Numbered from the stretch's first letter, positions 45,091 through 60,046 are shown. The stretch is DNA of 64,000 nt from Bugula neritina (GCA_964035545.1 OZ037770.1:15304642-15368641); one strand, 5' to 3'. The notes: generated by a model not told the origin, from the letters alone. A program made the numbers and translations.

Positions 45091-48000
45091 CACTGCACAG
45101 TAGAGTCGGACTGAGAAGAGCAACTGGAGGAGATTTCTAGCCTGGCCTCCATCAGTCTCTGGAACTCTTGTACATCGCGTGTCTTGAGCATATCATTGAT
45201 AACAGAGAACTGAGGCTTGTCATACTGCTTCCTCATCTGCAAACAATAAGAAACAGAAAGGTAGTTAGGCCTCAGGTTTTTCAGGTGTGTGTCAAGTGTG
45301 TCAGGTGTGTGTCAGGTGTGTGTCAGGTGTGTGTCAGGTGTGTGTCAGGTGTGTGTCAGGTGTGTGTCAGGTGTGTGTCAGGTAAGCCTCCGGTGTGTGT
45401 CAGGTGTGTGTCAGGTAAGCCTCCGGTGTGTGTCAGGTGTGTGTCAGGTAAGCCTCCGGTGTGTGTCAGGTGTGTGCCAGGTATAATTAGAAAAACAAGA
45501 AACTCACTAAAGTTATAGTGAAAGAGCTTATCAAAAGTTTGGGTTATCAGAAAAAATCATTAATAGCTATACAGAAACAAACCCTTTCACATGCACAAGT
45601 ATTTTAATAGATGAAATACATAGCCTAATAGATTTTATTTCTATAATGACTATACTAAATAAAAAAGATACAGTATACTGCTTATTTTAATCATATATAG
45701 ATAATAATATCAATACTTTTTATTAAAAATTGATTACTTTTCATGATTATAATATATTCATGAATCAATTTGAAAGCTTGTTTAACTGTTCAAACATTTA
45801 AATTAAATCTAGAGTAAAGTATTATAGCAACAGTTAGAGGTGTGAGTTAAGCATAAAAGGTTTTATGTTAGCCTGATAAACCCAAACCAAGCTGAGCTAC
45901 CGGGTTGCCATGAACACCTTCCTCAATATTTGCTTTTATAGGCAGCAAATAAGCTAATGTGCAGTGCAAACAGTATCATAACCTGTTTAACAAAACTTGC
46001 TGTTGTGTATGAGCATCAGGATATTATAATTTTAAAAAATATTGAAGGAAATTACAGGTACATATATATTGTCATCAGTGAATGCAATGTGTGCGAAGAG
46101 TGCAGCTCAGTGTGTCAAACTAAGCCTAGGGCCACACTGTGCGTATTTTCGCATGCGAAAATTGAAATTACAAGTAGCAAAGGTGTCCACTGTAGGCGTT
46201 GAGAAAACATTCGCACTTGCGTTCAGAATGCTGAGCGACAAGTGCGAATCGTCGTCACCTAATTGGCTGGTAGTTATTTAGCGAGCCCAATTTCTTTATT
46301 TTAGTGCTAAATTCCAGTAAATTGCGTTTTATTGAAAGCGAGTGCGATTTAAAAATGAAAACTTCATTTATCTCGCACTTATAGCCATATCAACAAGGCG
46401 AGCAGTAAAGTTAAACGCAAATATTATTAGCTAGTAGTTTTCCAATCTCACTGACGCTACAGTGGACACCTTTGTTACTTATGGTCTCAGTTTTGGCATG
46501 CGAAAATACGCACAGTGTGGCCCTAGGCCAACTAAAAGCAGAAAGAGTGAGTTAAGTGAGCTGTTGATTAGCAAAGGAATGATAACTCTCAATTCTCACC
46601 TTCCCAAAACAATATGTCTGGGGACTCCATCAGCTAAAATGATCATATGTGGTTGTTATAGGGGTAAAATTGTGTGTGAGTTAGTTGCTTCTATATGCAG
46701 TTATATTGAATTATAAATCAGAAAAATTACTATCAATTATATTTTGATAACTTTTAGCCAAATTGTAGAGGGAACTTTAGTTTATTTATAACACACTATA
46801 TATCATTGCTCTTTTATTAATTTTAAAAACCTGTAATAATCTATAATAATGTTTCAGGGAAAATTTTTAAATTTGAAACTTCTTGCTCACTTTCAATTAA
46901 TCCAACAGTAAGCAGTCATAAAGCCCACCAAAATTTAGACAGCGCATAGTAAATAGTATATAAGCAGGTCATGTGTTTTACCTGACTTCGTATTACAGCT
47001 AAATATTTTTTCATACTATAATACACTTACAGTATATAAGCAACTTAAACTATTTACATAATGTGTATGAAAAGTTCTTTACCTGAGCTCTATGCCTCTG
47101 CAATAACATCTCCGACATTGTCAGTGGCTTCTGGGCATCCATCTTTTTCTGCCTTTCTTCACAAAGAGCATCTGATAAAAGCTCTGGTGCTGCAAATGCA
47201 AAAGTGTAAGGTGTTAAGGATTCTATCTGAGGAGATATTGAAATCTTGTGTCACATTTTGACTTTCTCAAAGTTATATTTTCCTTTTATGTAAGGTGGGG
47301 TGGGTATAAACCCAGCCTTAAAGCCTGGCCTCTGAGAATCACACAAAATCCTTTGAAGATTTTCGTGAGTTATCCTCTCATCATGACCAGCCACACACTC
47401 GTTGGACAAAACACGTAATAAATAGTCCGTGAATGAGTCTTGCACGAGATACAAACAGCAAAAAATTGACAAACAGAAAAACGTGATAGAAATGATATAA
47501 TCACTGTTGCTAAAATTATATTGACCGTTCAAATGATGCTTATCGTTGATTGTAATTTTTTGTCCATCGCCTCCGTTGTGTACACCTAACGAAATTGATT
47601 TCGTTTGAATTCTCTCAAAATTTTCTTTGTAAGATTGTGTTTTCGTGACAAATAAACAATTTTGTGTAATTCTCACGAGTGTGTGGCCAGGCCTTTACTG
47701 CATGCAGATTATCTGCATGCAGATTCACATAAGTTTTGTTTCATATACCAGAGCAAGCATAGTTTTCAAACTTGAAAAAATTTAATAAATTATTTTCTAA
47801 TTGTTTGAATTGCTTAAATGATTTTAATAATCCAACTTACACCCTAAGGCTTTAGGCATTAACTCTTGTGATTTTGATGTTAGGCCTCTTGTTTTTAGTA
47901 TTGGAGTCTTTGGTAATGGAGTCTTTGGTAATGGAGTGTTTGGTATTGATTCAGGTGTTTTTGGTAGAGCAACCTCTTCTGCTATATCTGGAGATGACCA

Positions 48001-50787
48001 GCCACTACTCAAGCTACTCAAGTCATCTCTGATACTGTCTAAAACACAACCTAGCAGTCGATATTGTTATACCTGCATTATTATAGTACCCTATATACAC
48101 AAGGCATTATTACCTGCGTGTGTTCATATGATACCTAACTTTTATCTTAATAGCATAATATGTGCATGCTTATAAGTGCATTGCATGTGTTCTAAGCAAG
48201 CTCAAAACATGAAAGCTTAAAGATTTAATGTTGAATGATGCCAAAAGAGAATTGTATACTGCGGGATAGGAAGACTAAGGTAACTGCAATGTAGAATTGC
48301 TGCTAGAGTATCTAACCTTGTCTCCAGTTGTTAAGGCTGTGTGGAGAGAGAGGAGGTCTTAGGTTGATGTCGGGTAGACTGTTGCTGACTGGATCCACCC
48401 TTCGCATTTCATTCCTAGAGTTGCTGCCACTTAAAGATGATATAATAGGCAGCTCTAGCAACTTCTTCTCGCGCTCTGATTGGCTGCATGTGTGCTGCGG
48501 GTTCACACCTATATAAATGTAGAATGTAATACGGCAGCTTTAGCAGATATTGATACTAGAACTGGCTAATCCACAAAGATTAACTGACAACGAACTACAG
48601 TTGTAAAATTTAAATCGTAGGAAATACTTCCTGCATGTTGGCAGATCATTAATAGGTAACAATATTATGGTTAATATAGTACTTAGTGTTATTGTAACCA
48701 GAAACACTCTTCAGTATTGAACTTCAATTTGAGTTTTTGTTTTTGAAGCTATTTTGATTGAAGTCTTAAATCAGATTATCAAAACGAATTGAATGTAATT
48801 CTCTGTTTACTGCGTCATACACTATTGAATCAATTTTCTAAATATATGCTCGTACTAAAAAGGCAGTTTTACATAGTTGCAACTTTTTAACAGAAGTATG
48901 CATGCCTATATATTTTATTTCCTAAAAATCAATTCCAGAGACAATACTACCACTTATATGCAAAAAGCTAGTTTGTGAAATTTTACTTCATGTTATTTGC
49001 ACACAATTTGAAGATTCTTTGTATGTATGAAAGCAAAACTTGATACAATAACAAAATTATTATGACCTATCTCTGCTTACATTAATGTATCTCATGTTTA
49101 GTATGCGTTCTGCATTGACTCTATAGTTATTTTAATAGTATATGAATGTTACATATTTCATATTAGCATTCAAATGCCATATATTATACAATAAATTACC
49201 TGGGGTTTTATTATAGGCAGGGCTTAAGTTGGGGCGTGTGCGAGGCTTCCCATCTTCTAATATTTTTGGCAAAGAAAGCAGGCTTTGCCTGCAAAAATAA
49301 TCAACTTAATATAGGTCAATTTTTTTGACTATTATTCTTGCATGGCAAATAATTTAATTGAAATAACAAATTTTAAAAATCGAGTAAATAAAAACTATTG
49401 AAGATTATAGGATAAAGATTCGAAACATTTTATAAACCTTCACACCTGCTGGAAGTTCTAACTTCACAGCTAGTTTTGACATTGTAGCTGTCAGTATTTA
49501 ACTCTTTGATTTTATTCTCATAGGATCTGCTATTCTCATAGGATCTGCTAATCCGCCGTTTCTGTAAACTGATTGGGTAGATTTCGTCTGTCTGCTTTAA
49601 TCTAAAAGTTTGCATCATCTCTTAAATAAACTTTTTATTCAAATCCGTTGCTAACAAAAATGTGCAGCTAAAATTTTCATCAATTAGTGCAAATGATTGC
49701 CAAGTAATTTGAAAGCTGTTTCAATAGAACAACACAAATGGCTGGCAGCATTTCAATGTGTAGATTTTTGTGCCCAAATTGAAAAGGTATCACAAAACCA
49801 AAAAATAAACCGATCAATTTGTGATATTCGTATTCCATTTCTGGATTTGAAAAACTTTTACATGCAATTTATATACACTATATAGATAGTTTAGAAGAAG
49901 CTTGAAACTCTATATAGTTGTAACTTCAACCAAATAATTAAAAGAAATACAACAAGAGAAGCGCGCAATGTGCACATGCAACAATATCTATATTTTATAG
50001 ATCTTGCATTCATGCACCCTCTTATTCTCTAATTTAAATTGCTATAGTAAATAAATATTGAAACAGTAAAACAAACTTCTTTTAAAGTTTTGACATGGAG
50101 AGATGCAGCTTTGATAGTAAATAAAATATTTATTTAAAGATTTCAATTAAATATAGTCAAAAAGTTTTGCTGATTTTGGATTTAAGTTAACAATAATAGT
50201 ATCGTTAATATACTAACCTTTTCTTTGTGTTTGCTTGCTGTACATCCTTTCGAGTGAAAGCGAGTTTGACTGTAGGACGATGTGGGCGGAGTCCTGATAA
50301 GCAGATGTTAGTGTGACTCTGCAGTGACACGCTTTTTACTCCTGTCATCATACTGCGTGAATTCGTAGTTACGTTGGAAAAACATTGACTCTGCAATACA
50401 GATTTAGCTTTTCAACTTTGTTACTTAGGTAATTTTGGCTCAACATATACACAAATGGTTTCTTTATTTAGTCGTATGTACAACTTAAAAGATTAAAATA
50501 AGAAAAAATTTTTTACAGCTATAATAATTAACGTTCAAATTATAGATTTTAAAATTGGCAAACGATGATTTTAAAATGCTTTTTTAAAATGTAACTTGAG
50601 TCTATACCAAGCAATATTTAGTTAATAAATAAAGTAAAGCATCCAAGTAAACACTTACTTTAATTCTTAGACTAGGCGTGTCAGAGGAGTTGGGGGACTT
50701 TTTCCGTGAGTTTTTGGAGATGATTGGCACTTTAGGAGGAAGTAGGTTAGTGCGTGAGAAGTACATGCTCATGTATTCCGTAGTCAC
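45091..50787 (-). CDS. Uncharacterised Ser/Pro/Lys-rich, probably disordered protein; multi-exon, one junction unresolved
   Basis: GT-AG bounded open exons at about 50787-50658, 50390-50218, 49620-49446, 49288-49200, 48508-48317, 48038-47841, 47189-47083 and 45236-45091 (ending ...ISSSCSSQSDSTVQ*). Phases agree except between 50218 and 49620. No recognisable domain. Boundaries are approximate. Confidence 0.6.
45281..45481. repeat. 11-bp (TCAGGTGTGTG) minisatellite
   Basis: Direct inspection. Confidence 0.95.
46129..46523. mobile_element. MITE with ~28-bp perfect TIRs
   Basis: GGGCCACACTGTGCGTATTTTCGCATGC ... GCATGCGAAAATACGCACAGTGTGGCCC, flanked by TA on both sides (CTAG context). Confidence 0.9.
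47320..47696. mobile_element. MITE (Harbinger-like)
   Basis: AAAGCCTGGCC...TGAGAATCACACAAAAT versus reverse complement AAAGGCCTGGCCACAC...TGAGAATTACACAAAAT. Confidence 0.7.
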
Positions 50788-53700
50788 CTACAATTGCCAG
50801 CAGCAGAAGGTCGCCAGCAGGTCATCACTCACAGTCAATGCAAAGTGAAGTGAAACTGCTGGTCAATAAATAAGATGCTGTCAATTTTTGCTGTTTTGCA
50901 TCATTTCACTTTAGGTTTACTCTTATAAAGAATTAATGCGATACTTACGTGCATGTTGTGTATCAACTTGAAAAATCTTTATAATTTTCTGTAGTAAAGA
51001 CAGAAGTATATCGATTATTACTTGAAATGTAAACAAATTCAATAATTTTAAGTGTATTTATATTCATTAATTTAGCTTCATAGCTATGAACTCAATAACA
51101 GACTCCAAGGCATAAATGATGCTTATAGTGATATAGCTGTTAAAGTGTTAAAGTTGGCACAATGCACACGGCTTAAGAACTGCCGCAGCATGAAGCTAAA
51201 GACATTGCTTTAACTTTACAAACTCTATCCTATTTAGCCCATAATCATTTTATCATTGTTGTAGAACACTTTATATATGCTAAACTGCTACGTTCTTATA
51301 AAGGAAATGTATCAGGATTTCAAGCTAATATTTGCTGTGAAGTAGCAAATAATTAGTAATTCAAGAGTACAACCTGTTTACTAAAAGCCTTAGTGCTTTA
51401 ATACAAGCCCTGATATTTTAAGTGGCCAAAAACTGCTCCCCTTACTGGGTAATTTTTTTAAAAGGTTTTTGACTAGCTGAAAGGTGATCAACGAAGTGTC
51501 AAAATTATTTGTTACAAGAGAAAAGCTTCAATAGGCAGTTGGTTTTGAATCAACAGTGTGAAGACTGCATGAGTCCATTTTGCTTTGCATTAGGTGGTAG
51601 TGGCATATTACATGAGACAATGAAAGGCCTCCCCTAAGCTATTGTAACAAGATTTGTTTATTATTATTTGGACAAAGTGCGATGTGGTACGTTTTGTGTC
51701 CTATTTGTGTTTTGTGATTCAAACAGCTGTGAATGTGTACAGTTAATGCCCCCTCCTGTGAAATTCATTTAAATCATATCTCAGTGACTAACTGCACAAA
51801 AGGGAATTAAAATGCATTGGGTTACTCACAGGCACTTAAAGCAGTTAAAAGTTTATTAATATAATATTTTAAAACAAATGTTCTCATGTAAATATTACAT
51901 TGAAATATTTATAGAAAACTTTTGTCTGCAAGCATTATATTAAGTGAAAATATAAAAAGTTTTTACAAAAGTAAAGTAGCAGTTTGAATTCATCAGAATG
52001 GAGCATAAATTTGCTGATGCATTATTCAGTTTTATTCAACACAACTTGTTGGCAACAAAAGCAAACAGTTAGTAATTGTAGAAGTAAGTCTATAATGAAA
52101 TATTTTAAACTGTTAATGCTAATCAAAATTAAAATAACATTTAGTCTGTTAATGTAACACCTATCAATGGTTTCAATAAAACTATAGCATTGAAATGATC
52201 AGCTAAAAGCATATTATTCCAAATAATCATTTCATAAAGGAATTGTCTGCTCCTGTAATATTATAGCCAACGTATTTTTCTTCTTAGCAAAACATTCCCA
52301 ACTCACTGATTAATGTAACGACACACCGTAGCTCTACCTGTTTGGTCTCCGGTTGTTTTATATAACATCAGATTTGATTTAATAATTTGTGCTCAGAGTA
52401 TATCTTTAATTTCTTGTTGATAGTATATGAATGCATGTAAAGTCTCTAAAATATCAATACTCATCTAATGCTAGCTTTTTTTACTTATGTGCTTTGTAAT
52501 AAACTGATATGGTTAAAAGAATTTTACAGTTATATATTAATAATGTATATTTTCAGTGATTAGAACAGGCTTAATAAATAGTCTATTTTACCATTAAAGC
52601 CAAAAAGAAGACTTGCATTTTTACAGCTTCAACAAACTTTGATATTACAAGCAAGTGGGTGACAGCATATAGGCAAAGTACAGAATAGAAAACTTTTATA
52701 ATCAATCAACAGTTTTAAATACTTGCTTGTCAGAATTATCTTCTCTTGATTGCTAAACTATTTAAGGGACATGATGTAGCGAAATTATAAAACGTTCAAC
52801 AGTATGTTTATATCGAAAGGATAACTCCCCCAGCTGACTTAGGACAGGATGCAGTAAACATCATGTCATTCTTCAGTAAGATGGCACCACCGTGACAACC
52901 AATGGGATGTAGACAATAATTAGTAGTAGGCGAAGCTGCGTATGTATAATAGTGGAAGTTTGCCTGATAAATTAGCCGGCAGAGAGAACTGGATTGTGCT
53001 AATGTAAAGTCGTGTATTGATAGCTCTCTATCATGTAATAGTTGTGTTAGTTGTTGTATATTTTATTCGTGTATAATTAGCCATAAATAAACTCTTATTC
53101 ATTACAAACCTGGTGAAGTGGCTTTCAATAAATTGCAGTGAAGCATAAATTCACAGCAATATAATTATGGTCCATTGATGGCGTAAGGGTTAAGATTAAA
53201 ATAATATGTTGTTGCATGTTTTCAAACTGTTTTTATGCACAATCACAAAAGAATATCAATTGTATTGTTTTGTTGTTAAACAACGGTTGCTTTGAGGTTG
53301 ATTCTTTCACATTTGGCTACTCAATATATTATATTAACTACTGATTTGATTGTTACTTTATTATAGCTGCTTTGCTACACATGCTGTAGTTTGTATTTCA
53401 AAAGCTTGTTTGTCAATTGTGTTTATCTATCAGATAGTGTTGGAGGACTAACTATTCATAAAAGGGGAGTCTACAGTGTTTGCATGTAATAAACATGAGG
53501 TTAGAAGTATGCTGTTATCTTATCACAGCCTTTAGTGCACTAAAGGTTGGACTAATAAACGATAAGTTTGAAGACTTTGTAAATATAGGAGGGACTATTC
53601 AGTTGAATTAAGTAGGGAATAGTTGGTACAAAACAAGTGTTTGGCAAATATATGCATTTAATATGAATAATGCGTAAGTATAATTTACCACATTTTGATT

Positions 53701-53799
53701 AAATATATAAGCATAACATCTTTGCACAACAGCAAACTATGCTGGGACTTTAACTATTTTTATAGATATATATAGATATATATAGATATATATATATAG

Positions 53800-53833
<34 letters not shown>

Positions 53834-53839
53834 AAAGTA

Positions 53840-54287
<448 letters not shown>

Positions 54288-54535
54288 GCTGCTAGTCTAG
54301 GATAGTAATATAGTATAGTATAGCTAGTATAGATTGTATATAGTCCAGTAGCTTGTCTTATAGTGAGTGTACATAAAGTAATACCAGACCAGTATTTATA
54401 CTTTTTAGACTTTTATACTTTTGGATAGCGGCGTCAAGTTGCTCTATTGCATGGTTTACATGCTTGGTTGTTCGAGTGTAGCTTTTTTACCTTTAACAAA
54501 TCTCACAGCACGCTGACTGTGATTATTTGTTACAG

Positions 54536-57081
54536 CCAAGAGACAGGAAGTGCTGACTTTAATATAGTACTAAACAGAATACAGAGTCAGCTGATAGCTT
54601 CCATATCACACTAAGCTGCGTCTCTATTGTATCCTGTATAATCCTCTTCATCTACACTATTAAACTTCGAAGAAGGTTAGCTATTAATGTATTCGCTATT
54701 TTAGACAAAACAGATTGTATGATACTACAATAATAGTTTATAGTTATTGATGGTGTTACCAAACCTATAAGTTTAGAGCAAAATTTATTGCATACGGCAT
54801 ACAGGCATACATAGTAAACTCATGTGTGGTTGTCTTTAACAGGGTTGACGGTTCTACTGGTGCTTATTCAAAGAAGAAAGAAGACAATGACTTATTTTCA
54901 ACTCACAAAACTTCATTTTTTGTTTCACCTACTCCTGATTTAAAAGCCGGTAAGCTTGTTTAAAGCTGCAAAAGGGCTCTGAATTTATTTAGCTGTTATA
55001 AACAACTATTCCAAGAACATGTATAGTCAATTAGTGAAAATGCATAACTTTTCAGATTTGTCTTCTTTTTGTGCCTATTATAGCTATGTAAGCTTGCATA
55101 TCATTGGTTGAGAGTAGTGGTTACTATGGTTATTATAGCTTGTAAGCTTGCATATCATTGGCTGAGAGTAGTAGTTACTATATGGTTATTATAGCTAGTA
55201 AGCTTGCACATCATTGGTTGAGAGTAGTGGTTACTATGGTTATTATAGCTAGTAAGCTTGCATATCATTGGTTGAGAGTAGTGGTTACTATGGTTATTAT
55301 AGTTAGTAAGCTTGCATATCATTGGCTGAGAGTAGTAGTTACTATGGTTATTATGGTTGCTAATTTAATTGTTATTATAATTTTATGTAGAAATGTTACT
55401 ATTATATTATAGCTGCATGAGAGAGAAGTAAAAAATTTAATGAGCTTGTTTAATGAGTTTACAAAGCTGCTTATATTATATTTTTGAAAACAACTCACTG
55501 TAAATAGCAGTTTATCAACTTGAACTTTTGCAAGCTCATAGATTTCTTATACCATAATATTCTAGTTCTAATGTGTATAAATGTATAGCTAAAACTTATG
55601 TTGTGCAAATCTTGTTTTAGTAGTGTACCCAGGGCGCAAGAAACGGAAGAAACACAAAGAGCAAGAGAGGCAAGATGAGTCAGATGGGCAGGATAGATAT
55701 GAGGATATTGAGGGGCAAGATAATCCAGCTTTTTCTTGGCAGAGTGACAAATATGAGGATGTTATTGGCCAAACCTCACCAAGAAGCAGTTTAGACAGCA
55801 GTAGCTTGACAGGTATATGAACATGTACACTATAATATTATGTGTTTGACAGGTATGAACATGTGCACTATAAGTGCTTGACAAGTAGGAATATTTTCTT
55901 GGTAAGGGATGTTTGACAGGTTTGGACATGTGCCTGTAAGTGCTAGACATGCAGGTATGAACATGTCCACCAGGTATTTGACAGGCATGTACAGAGGGTT
56001 TGTGAGATTAGTGAGCTCATGTGCCTTGCTGGTGACTGCTCATATATAAAGATTTGTTACAATGAGATAACTATATACATATGTTATGATCATATTGATG
56101 CTGGAAACAATTCTTTGTATATATAAGTTGATATATCTTATCAAATGTCTAATGTTTATTATACACGCTAATCTCATATTGTATTTTTCCACCATGGTGA
56201 GTTTTCCTCTGGTTTCGGGGGTTTAGTCTGTTTCCTGGTAAATCAGGCTGCGGCATGTTGAGATAAGATGCTACAAGAAAGTAAAACAGTATCTTGTTCT
56301 ATAATTAGACAAATGCACGGACAAGGAAGGTGCAATGGATAGTAACGACTACAATGGAAATTCTCACGGCATTGCCAAAGTTGCAGAAAAACCTCCAATT
56401 TATGTTGAAATCTTAGAACAGCCAGCAGAAAGAGATGGTGAGAATCTGCAGCGGGTTAAAATGCGAGTTCCCTCTGGGAGAAGTGTACGGAGAAAACCGC
56501 CACCACCTCCACCAGAATCTCCCACTAGTGACCTGGAAAACGGTAAAAAGTTAGCAGATATGTGTGTGCGTTTAGTTTACTAATTTTTTTAGCATCTGCA
56601 AGAATATTTTGAAAGTCAAAGCAAAGTTTGACAACTAATCTTATTGATTTTGAATTAGGGTGTATAAATAGCTTGAATTTATATTTAGCCTTACAGCTTA
56701 TATAAGTTATTGTTTAATTAGTTAATAATTGTTGAAGCAGTTACTTAGTTACTTTGTGCTAGCTGTAGGTAAAGTAATTTATAGTTACATTAGTTATATA
56801 ATATAATGCAGCATTGTGTATATGAGTTATATAACCAATTTCAGAAAAAAATCTTTGACCATGTTTATAGGTGATATGACTGGAGAAAGAAATCTTCACA
56901 TTGAGAGTTTCACAAAGCTATTGACTTTAATCAACTTCTGACAGTTACTGTTAGTAATATTTTAGACTTAAATTCTTGTAAGATGTGTTTTGTTATTTTA
57001 GATGAAAAGCTTGCTGAAAAGAAATCAGAGACTGCAAGCCAAGCTTTTGCTAGAATAATGAAAAAGTCAACTAAAAAATAA
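54536..57081 (+). pseudogene. Single-pass membrane protein paralog A with Tyr-motif/polyproline tail, carrying a 2-nt frameshift in the TM exon; exons 54536-54675, 54843-54949, 55621-55812, 56309-56542, 57002-57081; 5' exons unresolved
   Basis: Downstream exons are phase-consistent and open (YEDI, NPAF, YEDV, IYVEI, RKPPPPPPESP). The TM exon is 140 nt versus 138 nt in paralog B, giving TAA at 54612-54614. Confidence 0.7.
55088..55356. repeat. ~54-bp intronic tandem repeat, about 5 copies
   Basis: GTAAGCTTGCATATCATTGG(T/C)TGAGAGTAGT... repeated. Confidence 0.9.
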
Positions 57082-57496
57082 ACTACAGGCACCTCTGCGG
57101 ATGCTTTTAATATTACAAATAATGTTTTTCTTTTAATTGACAGTAGAATAGTTAGATTTTTAGTGTAGAAATTTTTTTGATTATACTGCCAAATATGGTC
57201 CCTAGAATTAACCAGGAAATGCTCAAGTAGAACTCAACGTAGATTTGTTTTCTCTTTTATTTATGGAAGATCACACATTGCGGTATAAATGGAGTTTATA
57301 GCTATTGTGAATGTCCAATAAATATATTTTTGTTATACTAATTGTTGGTGATATATATAATGTATATTGTGAGTGATATTTTATCATAACATGGCTCAAC
57401 GATATATATAGCTCTCTAAATATTAACATTGCTAATAAACTATACTTGCCTGTTGGAATTGTGTCCTCTTCTATATCTATAGGCATCATTGCAGCA

Positions 57497-57743
57497 TTGA
57501 AAGCAATGATTGCTCTGAAACAACTAAACATTGTGTCTATAATGACTCATACTTAAAGTGTGCCTGAGAAATAACAATTACTAATAAATAAATCAATACA
57601 TTTGCTCTCAACATATATGTTGAGAGCAAATGTATTGATTTATTTATTAGTTTATTAGTTTGTTATTAGTTGTTATTTCTCAGTTAGTATGAGTCATGAA
57701 ATGCACAATGTTCTGTTTTTGTTGAACAATAGTTGCTTTCAAG
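57497..57743. mobile_element. Foldback/MITE-like element with a perfect 72-bp central palindrome (57580-57651)
   Basis: Perfect palindrome centred on ACATA|TATGT. Outer degenerate inverted matches TGACTCATAC/GTATGAGTCA and TTGAAAGCAA/TTGCTTTCAA. Confidence 0.65.
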
Positions 57744-58248
57744 CAAACTTTCCCTCCTGACTGCTTATTATGAAAAAAGCTGCATGGAGTTAATTGCTAA
57801 TTATCATATAATTATAGTTAGTATTTTATACAGGAAGTGAAAGCTAGGCTCATATAATTGATCTATTGTTATACACAGATCAATATCTATGGATTGGAAA
57901 ACTATAACTGTAATTACTAAACCCATTGCATTTGCAAACTACAAGTATAAAGAGAACCACCCCCCACACGCTGCATGGTTGGAATACTGAACAGATAAAT
58001 TAAACTCTTTTGGAAGTTAGAAGCACCAATTTACAGTTGCATTGAATAGTCAATGCATTGATTCAAAGCAAGATATCGAGTTTTTTTGGCAAGTCTACAC
58101 TCTTAAAATGGATAATTAGTAAGTATTTAATGTATAAAAGCCTAATAGAGCTATGTGGTTATAGCAAAATATAACGTGAAGTCACAATATTGTAAAAGGG
58201 CTTCAATGCCTGTTAATATATTATGCTTTTGGGTATATACTTTCATAG

Positions 58249-59786
58249 GCAAACATCCGTAAACTTTGTAAGGAAAAAAGAAGCATACGTAACAAAATTT
58301 CTGTATTTAATCTAAGAGACTGGCTCTGGTACGATGATGTCAACTCCCACCTGTCTGGTAGCATTGAGTGGACAACCAGGTTGATGTGTGGTTTCTATTT
58401 CTCAGAGTTAGTTAGTGGTTTTGAATGGGGAGGGAGGCAGTTGATTAATTACACTGTTGGTATATAATTGATTTACACCTAACCTATAAGTGGCTTGCAC
58501 ATTTTCTGCCTTAAAAAACTTCACATATCTATAAAACCTTTGCTCCCACTAGGATTTGAACCCACGACCTCCAGCTTGCAAGCAGGCTTGCTACCATTTC
58601 ACTACAGAAGCTGCACTGAGTAATCTCAACACTGCAATCACATTGAGTGATCTACATTATTATTTGTTACAGTGGAGAGTCAGAAAGGACTGAATTGGAC
58701 ACATTACTGAAACAGATACAGACTCAACTTATAGTTGCCTTCGTACTAAACAGCATTTTCATCACCTTGTGTATTGCCTTCTTTATCTATGCAATTAGAC
58801 TCCAAAGGATGTGAGCTATAAATTTATATACTGGTTTAGACAAAGTATAATTTGCATGATGCCACAATGATAATTAGTTATCTCTTTTATTTTTACCAAA
58901 TATAAGCATTGAGAGCAAAATGTACTAATTATTACACAATTGCATCATGAGTGGTTATACATTTTCAACAGGCTTATTGCTTACAAAAAGAAGAGAAAAG
59001 ATAAAATGCCAATATGTTCAGCTCACAAAAAATCAGCTTTCTATTCACCTACTCCTGATTTGAAAGCAAGTAAGTAAATTTAGTTATATTTCACTTTGAA
59101 GCATGTATAAATCAGCTATGAAATTATATTACGTTCAGACAACAACTTCCATGAGTAATGCATATAGCTTTGTAACCCATGCGAAATAGCAAAAACAGTA
59201 TACGTAAGAATGTACTCAAAATAGACAGGCATAATGAAGTAAGGGAACCTAAACTGTTTAGAGTTGCCTCCCTTGTGTACCTAAGGAAAGTGATTCTATT
59301 GTGTATAAGATTGGCTGAGAGTATAGTAATTTCTGTGGTTGCTGCAATGTCTATAATTTTATTGGTTGTTATTGATGTTGCATAGACGAAAAAAGTGAAT
59401 CATTTAATAATTTTAAAGGGTATTTTAGTTTTGCAAAAAGAATATTGTTAAAGCAATACATATTTGAAAGAAATTCTCTGGTGTGTGAATAATTAAATGT
59501 AATTGATTATGTTGTAAATAGTAATTAATTATGAGTTTTATCATTGAAAGCATTCAGCCATATAAATGTATACCTTGATATCTCCATTCATATAAACAAT
59601 ATATAAAATGATTGTTAGCTCTAAATTGTATACATCTTGTTTTAGTTGTGTACCCAGGACAAAAGAAACTTGTGGCACAAGAAAACCAAGCCCACTCTTT
59701 GCCTGTTGAAGCTCACACATCACAAAGAAGCAGCTTAGAGCATGGTAGCTTGTCAGGTATGAACATGTGCACTATAAGTTTATAAG

Positions 59787-59868
<82 letters not shown>

Positions 59869-59993
59869 GTATATGCTACTCTGAAGATGGGTACAGTGGT
59901 ACCCGAAATATCAGTGTAATTACTTTACCTAATAAAGTAATAAATAACAATGTTTCTGGTATACCTATTTATAATCAAATTACTAGCTCGTAA

Positions 59994-60046
<53 letters not shown>

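Noticed and set aside
45168-45518. Cys/Val-rich metallothionein-like ORFs
   Set aside because: 11-bp minisatellite translation.
47251-47676. 141-aa minus-strand ORF
   Set aside because: Lies within an intronic MITE and has no recognisable motif.
52762-53194. Possible TTAA-flanked DNA transposon remnant
   Set aside because: Matching terminal inverted repeats could not be established.
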